A stretch of 64,000 nucleotides of DNA, taken from positions 84,010,001 through 84,074,000 of the forward strand of contig CM060731.1 in assembly GCA_030704615.1 (NCBI GenBank). Direction: 5' to 3'. Below are positions 52,216 through 63,159 of this stretch, in pieces. Each line of letters begins with the position of its first letter. The stretch's first letter is position 1. The notes beneath the pieces are model-generated. The model was not told where the DNA came from and searched no databases. It worked only from the letters and a program-made list of their open reading frames with translations. The position numbers and the translations under genes were made by a program. The DNA comes from Takakia lepidozioides (taxonomy: Eukaryota; Plantae; Bryophyta).

Positions 52216-53564
52216 GCAAATGCGGCGCCGCATTTCCGTTAAGTACCATCCCGAAGCTACACATACCGTACTTGTTGGACGAAAATGCGGCACCGCATTT
52301 CCGTCCCACAGCTCCATGCCTGAGATACAAAAGGGAAATGCGGCGCCGCATTTTCGTTCTGGAATGTCGGAAGGTGCGACTCGGACGGAAATGCGGTGCC
52401 GCATTTCAGTTCCCGTGGTTCATGATTTTCAATCAGAACGGAAATGCGGTACCGCATTTCCATTCCACCTTCACATACCTTAGTTGTTGAACGGAAATGT
52501 CGTGCCGCATTTCCGTTCTAGAGAGTATGAAGGTCTCACCCGGACGGAAATACGGTGCCGCATTTCCGTCCCACAGCTCCATGCCTCACATACAAAACGG
52601 AAATGCGGCGCCGCATTTCCGTTCTGGAATGTCGGAATGTGCGACTCCGACGGAAATGCGGTACCGCATTTCAGTTCCGATGTTTCACGATTTTCAGTCA
52701 GAACGGAAATGCAATGCCGCATTTCCGTTCAGTTGGATGTTTCACGATTTTCAGTCAGAACGGAAATGCAATGCCGCATTCCGTTCTGGAGAGTAGAAGG
52801 CGGGGAAATGCGGTGCCGCATTTCTGTCCCACACCTCCATGCCTCACATACAAAACGGAAATGCGGCGCCGCATTTCCGTTCTGGAATGTCGGAAGGTGC
52901 CGACCGACGGAAATGCGGTACCGCATTTCAGTTCCGATGTTTCACGATTTTCAGTCAGAACGGAAATGCGGTGCCGCATTTCAGTTCCGATGGTTCACGA
53001 TTTTCAGTCAGAACGGAAATGCGGTACCGCATTTCCGTTCTGGAGAGTATGAAGGTCTCCCCCGGACGGAAATGCGGTGCCGTATTTCCATTCTGGAATG
53101 TCGGAAGGTGCGACTCGGACGGAAATGCGGTGCCGCATTTCAGTTCCGATGGTTCACGATTTTCAGTCAGAACGGAAAAGCGGTGCCGCATTTCTGTCCC
53201 TCAGCTCCATGCCTCAGATACAAAACGCAAATGCGGCGCCGCATTTCCGTTCTGGAATGTCAGAAAGTGCGACTCGGACGGAAATGCTGTGCCGCATTTC
53301 AGTTCCAGTTGTTCATGATTTTCAATCAGAACGGAAAAGCGGTACCGCATTTCCATTCCACTGTCACATACCGTACTTGTTGGATCGAAATGCGGCACCG
53401 CATTTCCGTTCTGGAGAGTATAAAGGTTTCCCCCGGACGGAAACTTGGTGCCGGTCCGTTGCACTGGTGCATGACTAAGATGCAAAACGGAAATGCGGCG
53501 CCATATTTCCGTCCAACAACAATCGAAAGTATCACTCCGGACGGAAATGCTGAACCTCATTTCC
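52216..53564. repeat. Phased array of ~26 palindromes, 53-bp period, five recurring 31-bp spacer types (~265-bp higher-order unit)
   Basis: Unit starts 52281, 52334, 52387, 52440, 52493, 52546, 52599, 52652, 52705 ... 52962, 53015, 53068, 53121, 53174, 53227, 53280, 53333, 53386, 53439. Confidence 0.95.
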
Positions 53565-53789
53565 GCATGCGGAACCTCAATTGGTTGCATTGTTCCGAAA
53601 CAACACAATTGCGGCCTGTCTTAATGAGCACAACTTGGTTGTCTAACCGTTTTAACTAACAGTCCTGGCACTTGTCAGTGCGAACGTTCATGTCTGCACC
53701 GAGAATACTGCTGGATCCACCCTCAGGAGAAACTGTCAGGAGATGTTATTTCGTCGCCGAATCGGCCATCATTGTCATACTTACTGGAT

Positions 53790-56700
53790 ATGGAATCACA
53801 CCTCCCACCTTCATCCATGTAGCTTGAAACAATACTTTCCATTTCAATGTGCGACTTCCAATCGTCAATGGACTCCGCAGATCCACTTACATGGTGCCTG
53901 TGAGCGTTGGTCTGTCGCTATACTGAACCTCGCACTTGCCAACTTCGTGCGGTCTTCGATGGCTCCGAATTCCTACGCTATAGTTTGTTGTCCTCCGCAA
54001 CTTGGGAGAGCCTGGATCCCAAACGAGGGAGGACTTTGCAGAGTGACTGAAACTTACCTTTGTTCCAAATTCAAGCTCAAACCGGCACAGTTTATTTGGA
54101 AGAAGAAAGGAAGGATGTTCCTGGACAGGTTGACGAGACCATTGTCGTGCTAGGTAACGACGGAGGTTGCGGAATCGAATGGCACATACCCCCATCAGAC
54201 ACCATCCTGTACCGAGTTGTGGGAATGCCCATTCCTTTTCCGAATCAGTCGCTGCCCACACCATCCACAAAGGAGTCCGGAAACCGACAGGCGGCCACTG
54301 CCAACAGAGAGGTATGCAACAATAATCATTCCCGACCTGGACCGTCAAGACCCTCCATAGCTTCTCGTGTGGACGTATTTGACATTTTCGACGAGGAAGA
54401 TGAGTGCATTAAGGTCCCCATGTCCTCCACACGGTCATTCAAATCCGACATGGACGTCTCTGCAGGTGCTACGCATGTACCCTCCAGCATAACTCCAACC
54501 CGGTCCATTGTGCAACTCCTACGGCAACATCACCTCGATGGTTCTCGCTCCGAGCTGGTTGCTCTCGACTATGCCAAATTTCCAGTCAGGAAGGTAATGT
54601 ATCTGCCTCCCGAAGTCGATGGCAATGTCATCTTCGAGTTTCCACCTGTTACTTCGTCAAACAAAGCCTCAGGGATGTTAACAGACATGAATCGAAAGCA
54701 TGACGGACACCCCTGGTGTGTGACGAAGACCAGTAGCACAAAAATTGCTGATGGTGTTCATGTACAATATGTCCTCTGTGCGGGGAAGCTGAGGTGCCTC
54801 AATCCCGTCTGCTTCCACTTTCTCTCCAAAGGAGGGCGGAGAAACGAGATGGATTGGACTGACACAACCCATCATCCATTCATTGTCTCCAGCCAAGCTC
54901 CTGCGGGTACTTTCAAGTGCGCACATTGCAAAGAACCACCGACGTGCATGTCCATGTGCAGAGCCAAGCAATATTACATAATCCATTTGCTCCCGGACAC
55001 GACATCATAAAAGAGGAGGTGAAATTGAGCCCCAGAGCCAGACCAAAGCAGATTCAGCTGAAGGCAACCCACAAGATTGCTCTTGGCAAAATCATGTCTG
55101 AAGATGGTTCAGACCGAGTGCCCTTGAACGAAGAGGAGATGCTTGACCTGTTGGAGTCCGTCTCGCACGTTTGTAGTCCGAATGTGCGGAATCACATCGT
55201 GTCTTGCAAGCAGGAGTTCGGCCGAGGGTCGGACATGCACTCAATCCTGGAGGTGAAACGAATGACTGGATATGACTACATCCAAGGTAGCAGGTTTCCA
55301 GGGCAAGGCAGCAAATCCGATCGTTGTTACATTTTTAAAATGTCGACGTGTGGGCCTGGGAGTGGAGTCGACTTGGTCACTCGCATGACAACTGGAAACT
55401 TGTCGAATGCTTGGGTGATGTTTGATCACATCAAGCGAATTACAAACCATCAGTGGGTGACTATGGGTGCGCATGTTTATGACTATCACTCCAAGAGGCT
55501 CATGACGATTGCAATCTGCGAGATGAAAGGGGAGGACACACAGTCGGAGATGCATCTGTGGGAGGGCATAAACAAGCAGATGGCAAGGGCGGGATTGGCA
55601 GAGCCCAATTTCAGGGGATTCATGGCAGACAACGCTCAGGCCAACTGGGCAGCACTGCGGCATGTGTACGGTGAGGACCCCAATGTTCCAATGGCGGGGA
55701 AGGAGAGATCCTGTGGATTCCATTGGATGCAGAGTCTATCTCACTACACTACCAAATTTGTTGCTAGCACATTCCAGGCTGAACACCGTGTCCTTTGTAC
55801 GGCGTGGAAGGATGCACCCACATTTGATGACGCGGAGATTAAGTTTGTTATCATCGAGGCTTGGTGGAACACGTCAGGTGCAGTGGAGGCAACCAATATG
55901 GGAGCCTTGCACAGCTAGTTGGGGTGGTGGCATTTCCGGTATCGACAGTTCGGACAGTACATGCGGGAGGTATGATGCTGTCATTTTCGTGCAATTGTCT
56001 TTCTATTACGGACCTTTCCATTGGTCCCTCACCATTGTTTGTGTCCTTGTAGGAGCGGTGCTTGGATTCCGACACGGACATGCCGAACACAAATATGGCA
56101 GAATCAGTGCACTCCTCCTGGCGAGCGTCTTCTGCTGCACATCTGGTGGACGTAGTGACGGCCACAACGGAGGACATCGACAGAGCAATCATGCAACAAG
56201 CCACGTACTACAAGTTCCTGAGCGGGAAACAATGGGGCTTTGGGCCGGACAGGGACGAATTGTTGGTACGAACAGCTTCGAGGTCGAAGAATCCACTGAA
56301 ATGGGCGACATCATTGCGAGAGAAGATCAAAGGGACGCCTCTGCACCGCAGAGGTGAGCACCTAGAGGGGGACGTCCGTACTCGCCCTGTGAGGCGGAGG
56401 ATTGAAGAGGAACCCGGGTGCAAAGAGGATTCCTGGAGATCCGACAGGAACATTCGGACAGCACCTCGAGGGCCCGTCATGTTGCCGCACAATATGTCTT
56501 CCAGCAGTGGATGCCCAAGAAATTCCAGATCGCCATCGCCTTCAAGCGGGGATTCCGTGCGAGAAATTCCCACCGCTCGCTTGCCCCAGATTCCGCCCGC
56601 TGTTATGCAGTATGGCCAAGCTATTGTGGAGACGACTGTGTCTGCGTCACAGTGGAGAATTGCTCGCACAAAGCCGTCGTTTCGAGGCAGGTGTTCCGCA

Positions 56701-57623
56701 ATTCGAGTGGATACACGGCAACGTTGTTTAGAGATGATAAGGAGGAATCCAGATGGGGCTGTCCCTGCTCCTACTTTTACAGGAAGATTTGTCCATGCAA
56801 AGTTTGCGGAGGCGACAACCACCCAGTTCTGGTTCTGTAGGCACGACATTATGACTTGCGTGTATGGAAAAGCCCAAGTACAGCATACAAACAATGCCAG
56901 AGGCTCCCCCGGTGTGGCCGGTGGAACCAGGCTGCGATCTGAGTCAGGTTGAGGCCGACGCCCTTACTGCCGCAGGATTTCGGATGGTGCAGCGCACTAA
57001 CGTCCCAAGACAACCATTTCCGCTTCCACAGCCTCCACCACCGACCCCTGTGAGAGCAAGAACAATGGGACCCGACAGCTCTAAGCATCCTCGGACATTG
57101 CGTGACTGAGTCGATTTTTTTCCGCGTTCACTTGCAGCTTTAGGTCCGATTATATAAATTGTGTCACTCTCTTCGGGATTTTGAGCGTGGTGGCCTCGCT
57201 CCCTAAGACGCCAATCGGAAAATCGTCTGCACACACCGTTGGGGGAAACCGAAGAGGCGGCGACCTCCCTCAAAAGTGAACGAGACAAGGATGGGGAATG
57301 CACTTCGGATGAACTGTACAATCCAAAGCTCGACAGAAGTGCCCCCACCAGGCTTCGGGCGTGTGTATCAGATGGCCACGGCATGCTCAGCTGTTCGCAA
57401 TGAGGTGTACACCATCACCATTTCAGAATTACCCACCTGCAATTGCACCGACTTCCAGATCATGGCGAACAAGGGGGCATCATACTGCCCTTGCAAGCAT
57501 CTGTACTACGTGTACCTAAAGAGACTCCGGTGTAATTCCACAACTCATCACTTCATACATGCACCAGGGTTGAGCCCCCAAGAGGTGCACACTCTTCTGA
57601 ATATGGATCCAGGGGACCAGTGA
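53790..57623 (+). pseudogene. Mutator-like (MULE) DDE transposase with N-terminal Cys-rich WRKY/GCM1-like domain and C-terminal SWIM finger
   Basis: D1 VMFDH (55424), D2 FMADNA (55628), CGFH (55712-55723), E in NTNMAESVH (56101); SWIM CNC...CPCKHLYYV (57438-57500); intron ~55970-56052; stop at 55918, frameshift near 55005. Confidence 0.87.
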
Positions 57624-58420
57624 GCTTGGCTTGCGGTCCCAACACTATGGTACGCCCATCCTTTTCGGATAGTAAAACTGTACTGCTGCAAGTAGCTCTG
57701 ACTCTGGCCACAGAAAGGTCCGACTTATGTCTTGCCTACCAGTAACCTATTTTGTTCGAACTAAGATAATACTATGTCATTCACTCGTGTTTCCACGTGC
57801 ATGTATTTTTGTGTGTTGGAGGGTTCCTGTTTTTCTGCTCTCCCAAACTTTGCTTTCCTCATTCAACCCCCGGCAAGGAAATGCGGCGCCACATTTCCAA
57901 GTAACGTCGTAGGTACTGGTAGATGCAGCCTTCGCCAACACCAAACCGCCCAGAAATTTCGCACGTGCGAACCCTAATGCGGCACCGCATTTCCCAGTTG
58001 AGTCGCAAACCTTTCCCGCCGAATACCCGAAGATGACAGAATTGTAAAGACTCTATTGGTTCAATCGCGGCAAAAGGGTCAGCTTCATTCCAATGTTAAG
58101 AAATGTAAAACGGCGGAATACTCTATACAGGCCAGTATGCGACGTCATTTTGCCGTGGTATACTGGATTTCTCGTTGCACGGTCACTCATTTCCATGAGC
58201 GGATCTAAAAAACCATGAGCGGAGTTATTACTGACGACATATCTTCGCCGCATTACAGGATCTGGAACTTCCAAAAACGGCAAGGTCAAATTAAAAAAAA
58301 ACTATTATTTTAATACTTGTTTAATCTGCCGCATTTCCAAATTTGGATGAGTCCGCTCATGAAATCCGCGTGTCTTAGACTTCGGCTCACCGCTCATGCG
58401 GCTCATGGCTCATGGTTTTT

Positions 58421-58433
58421 GCTCATGAAATAG
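58421..58433 (+). repeat. Right terminal inverted repeat GCTCATGAAATAG, preceded by GCTCATG/CATGAGC subterminal repeats (~58190-58420)
   Basis: Matches 43048-43060. Confidence 0.75.
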
Positions 58434-58478
58434 GAAACCTCGAACACATGGCGTGACCAAGTTGCCCTTATTCCAGGG

Positions 58479-58766
58479 GTGTTCTTGCCACTTCCAAACA
58501 TATCGGATTTAATTGAAAAATTGCATGAAGCCGTAGCAAGAGCGACACACCCGGCTCTGGCAAATGTGGAAGAGAGTCAGCCCTCGCCTAGAACGTTACG
58601 CATGATGGCAAGGGTGGACCACACAACACTAGGTCCCTCTTTGACCACTCGAGCCCAGGCTCGAGCTCTCCGTACTGGTGGAGGAACGTCCTCTACACCC
58701 GGAGCATCTTCATCAACATCTGGAGATGACAACAATGAAGTAATAAATCTAGATGAAGATGACTAG
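58479..58766 (+). pseudogene. C-terminal fragment of an unidentified gene, probably interrupted by the element
   Basis: Open frame ending GDDNNEVINLDEDD* just outside the TIR; no domain recognised. Confidence 0.3.
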
Positions 58767-58859
58767 AAAGGCTAGAAACGTAGGGAGTAGGCCAAAGGTC
58801 TCAGGTTGCGAAAACTTAAATGTGCAACCCACTGTATAGTCTACGTAATTTTGGAAATA

Positions 58860-59260
58860 CGAGGTTCATCCTTTGAACCATTTTTGAATGACCTCATACT
58901 TGTTCGGTACCTGTTTGACGGCATGTACAATATACTGACAAAGTTTCAAAACAATAAAAAATTGTTGAATGAAGATATCATTGGTTCACCCATTGCAATA
59001 TTTTAAATCGAACTCATAGTTGTCCGGTACCTTTAAGAGGGCATGTACAATGCAATGGCAAAGTTTGAAAGCATTCAGAAATTGGCACATCAAGTAACCA
59101 TTGGTTCCTCTTGTGAACCATTTTTGATTGATCTCATACTTGTCCGGTCCATGTAAGAGGCATGTAGAACATACTGGCAAAATTTCAAATCATTCAAATT
59201 TTTTTTTATCAAGGAACCTTTGGTTTATCCTTTTCACCATTAACGATTAATCACAAATAA
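58860..59260 (+). repeat. Tandem ~121-bp satellite monomers (about 3 copies)
   Basis: ggttc...accatttt...ctcatacttgtccggtacc...gagggcatgtac...caaagtttcaaa at ~58863, 58983, 59103. Confidence 0.85.
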
Positions 59261-59294
59261 ATGAACAGACGAATAAATCATTTGCCTCCAAATA

Positions 59295-62200
59295 ATTTTG
59301 GTTCGCTTTGAGACTTGGCCAGTATATTCAATGTACCATGGAAGAGGCCCCAGAGTAATATGCGATCAATTGAAATTCGTTCAATGGGCCAACGGATGGT
59401 TGCCGATCCAAATGATTTTCGTTCGCTTTGAGACTTGGCCAGTGTGTTCAATGTACCCTCTGATAGGTCCCAGTGTAATATGAGATCAATCGAAATTTGT
59501 TCGATTGTCCAATGAGGCGTTCATTTGTCATCTGGTTTTTGTTCATTGCGAAAAAGAAATCTTGCAATGCGTGCACGACTATTGCACCCATTGAACGGAT
59601 GTGGTTGAAGCCCCTCTTTTGACCGCATGTACTTGAACATGTGTGCGACACATATGCGGAGACACAACAGATGAATAAATCATTTGTCTCCCCATCGACA
59701 CCAAGCCATTCCATAATGTAATCGAATTTAAATTAATTTTAAGCCAAAAAATAGGTTTGCACTGCCTTTCATTGGGGGTTTCTGGCACGAAGCGATTTTG
59801 TTTTTGGCTCAATTTTGTTTTGCGACTTCAAGCATCCCACCACTACTCCCCCGCCAAAATTTGGACTAATAAAAAATGCCCCTCAAAAAAAAATGTTCTC
59901 TTCGCTCACTATTGCAAAACTCTCTATGAATAGTGCATGAAGTAGAGCACAAATCAAGTTTGGAGTGCAAAACGGGCAAGAAACTGTGGTTTTGGGTCCA
60001 AATGAATTTTGATCGCTCCCAAATTTGGCACGGACGTTGCATATGGAGTCATTACACGCCCCATTCAAAAATGGAATGAAAAAAAAAACATGAGCACGCG
60101 AAACGCAGTCCAACAGGTCCCAAAGTAATAGCCGATCCAAGATAATACATTCAATGGGTGAGCGGATGGTTGCCCATCCAAATCATTTTTGTTTGCTTCC
60201 AAACTTTGTCAATACGTTCGAGACACCCTCTCACAGGTCCCGGACTAATATCAGATCAATCAAAATTCATTCGATGGCTCAACAGATGGTTGGCCATCGA
60301 AATGATTTTGGTTCGCTTTGAGACTTGGCTAGTATGTTCAATGTGCCATGTCAGAGGCCCCAGAGTAATATGAGATCAATCGAAATTCGTTCAATGGGCC
60401 AATGGATGGTTGCCCATCCAAATGATTTTCGTTCGCTTTGAAACTTGGCCAGTGTGTTCAATGTACCCTCTGATACGTCCCACTGTAATACAAGATCAAT
60501 CGAAAGTTGTTCGATTGTCCAATGAGGCGTTCACTTGTCATCTGGTTTTTGTTAATGCGAAAAAGAAATCCTACAATGCGTACACGGCTATTGCACCCAT
60601 TGAATGGATGTGGTTGAAGCCCCTCTTTTGCCCCCATGTACTAGAACATGTGTGGAGACACATTAGAGGAATAAATCATTTGCTTCCCCATCGACGCGTT
60701 CACCCCTCAAGCTATTCCACAATTTAATTGAATTTAAATTCATTTTAAGCCAATAAATAGGTTTGCATTACCTTTCATTGGGGGTTTCTGGCACGTATCG
60801 ATTTTGTTTTTGGCTCAATTTTGTTTTGCGGCTTCAAGCATCCCACCACTACTCCCCCGCCAAAATTTGGACCAATAAAAAATGCCCCAAAAAAAAATGG
60901 TCTCTTCGATCACTATTGCAAAACTCTCAATGAAAAATGCATGAAGTAGAGCACAAATCAAGTTTGGAGTGCAAAACGGGCAAGAAACTGTGGTTTTGGG
61001 TCCAAATGAATGTTGATCGCTCCCAAATTTGGCACGGACGTTGCATATGGAGTCATTACACGCCCCATTCAAAAACGGAATGAAAAAAAAAACATGAGCA
61101 CGCGAAACGCAGTCCAACAGGTCCCAAAGTAATAACTGATCCATAATACATTCAATGGGTGAGCGGATGGTTGCCCATCCAAATCATTTTTGTTTGCTTT
61201 CAAACTTTGCCAATACGTTCGAGACACCCTCTCACAGGTCCCGGACTAATATCAGATCAATCGAAATTCATTCGATGGCTCAACGGATGGTTGGCCATCG
61301 AAATGATTTTGGTTCGCTTTGAGACTTGGCTAGTATGTTCAATGTGCCATGTCAGAGGCCCGAGAGTAATATGAGATCAATCGAAATTCGTTCAGTGGGC
61401 CAACGGATGGTTGCCCATCCAAATGATTTTCGTTCGCTTTGAAACTTGGCCAGTGTGTTCAATATACCCTCTGATACGTCCCAGTGTAATACGAGATCAA
61501 TCGAAATTCGTTCAATTGTCCAATGAGGCGTTCACTTGTCATCTGGTTTTTGTTAATGCGAAAAAAAAATCCTGCAATGCGTGCACGACTATTGTACCCA
61601 TTGAATGGATGTGGTTGAAGCCCCTCTTTTGCCCCCATGTGCTGGAACATGTGTGGAGATACATTAGAGGAATAAATCATTTGCCTCCCCATCGACGCGT
61701 TCACCCCTCAAGCTATTCCACAATTTAATTGAATTTAAATTCATTTTAAGCCAATAAATAGGTTTGCACTGCCTTTCATTGGGGGTTTCTGGCACGTATC
61801 GATTTTGTTTTTGGCTCAATTTTGTTTTGCGGCTTCAAGCATCCCACCACTACTCCCCCGCCAAAATTTGGACCCATAAAAAATGCCCCCAAAAAAAAAT
61901 GTTCTCTTCGCTCACTATTGCAGAACTCTCTATGAAGACTGCATGAAGTTGAACACACATCAAGTTTGGAGTGCAAAACAGGGGAAAAACTGTGGTTTTG
62001 GGTCCAAATGAATTATGTTCGCTCCCAAATTTGGCACGCACGCTGCATATGGCTACATTACACGCCCCATTAAAAAACAGAATGAAAAAAAAAACGTGAG
62101 CACGCAAAACACAGTCCAACAGGTCCCAAAGCAATAACAGTGAGGCGTTCATTTGTCATCTAGTTTTTGTTCAATGCGAAAAAAAAAAATCCTGCAATGC

Positions 62201-63130
62201 GTGCACGGCTATTGCACCCATTGAACGGTTGTGGTTGAAGCCCCTCTTTTGGCCCCATGTGCTAGAACATGTGTGGAGACACATTAGAGGAATAAATCAT
62301 TTGCTTCCCCATCGACGTGTTCACCCCTCAAGCTATTCCACAATTTAATTGAATTTAAATTCATTTTAAGCCAATAAATAGGTTTGCACTACCTTTCATT
62401 GGGGGTTTTTGGCACGTATCGATTTTGTTTTTGGCTCAATTTTGTTCTGCGGCTTCCTGCATCCTACCACTACTCCCCCGCCAAAATTTGGACCAATAAA
62501 AAATGCCCCCCAAAAAATGTGTTCTCTTCGCTCACTATTGCAAAACTTTGTATGAAGACTGCATGAAGTTGAACACAAATCAAGTTTGGAGTGCAAAACG
62601 GGCAAGAAACTGTGGTTTTGGGTCCAAATGAATTTTGATCGCTCCCAAATTTGGCACGGACGTTGCATATGGAGTCATTACACGCCCCATTCAAAAATAG
62701 AATGAAAAAAAAAAACATGAGCACGCGAAACGCAGTCCAACAGGTCCCAAAGTAATAGTTGATCCAACATAATACATTCAATGGGTGAGCGGATGGTTGC
62801 CCATCCAAATCATTTTTGTTTGCTTTCAAACTTTGCCAGTACGTTTGAGACACCCTCTCACAGGTCCCGGACTAATATCACATCAATCGAAATTCATTCG
62901 ATGGCTCAACAGATGGTTGGCCATCGAAATGATTTTGGTTCGCTTTGAGACTTGGCCAGTATGTTCAATGTACCATGGAAGAGGCCCCAAAATAATATGA
63001 GATCAACCGAAATTCGTTCAATGGGCCGACGGATGGTTGCCCATCCAAATGATTTTCGTTCACTTTGAGACTTGGCCAGTGTGTTCAATGTACCCTCTGA
63101 TAGGTCCCAGTGTAATATGAGATCAATCGT
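59295..63130 (-). repeat. ~1.0-kb higher-order tandem repeat containing 3-4 reverse-oriented ~121-bp monomers
   Basis: Anchors at 60157/61158/62784 and 59676/60671/61671/62291; one ~620-bp partial unit. Confidence 0.92.
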
Positions 63131-63159
63131 TAACGATAAAATCATGAATCATCCAACAG

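Larger units (their letters stand above)
43061..58433 (+). mobile_element. ~15.4-kb Mutator-like DNA transposon with cargo: ORF-B, ORF-A, ParB-methyltransferase gene, palindrome arrays, transposase
   Basis: DDE/SWIM transposase; right TIR 58421-58433; left terminus reconstructable from the adjacent inverted copy; same palindrome throughout. Confidence 0.8.

Noticed and set aside
52216-53564. CRISPR array (palindromic repeat plus equal-length spacers)
   Set aside because: Spacers recur as five types in a higher-order repeat, no cas genes are visible, the context is eukaryotic, and the motif also occurs singly in introns
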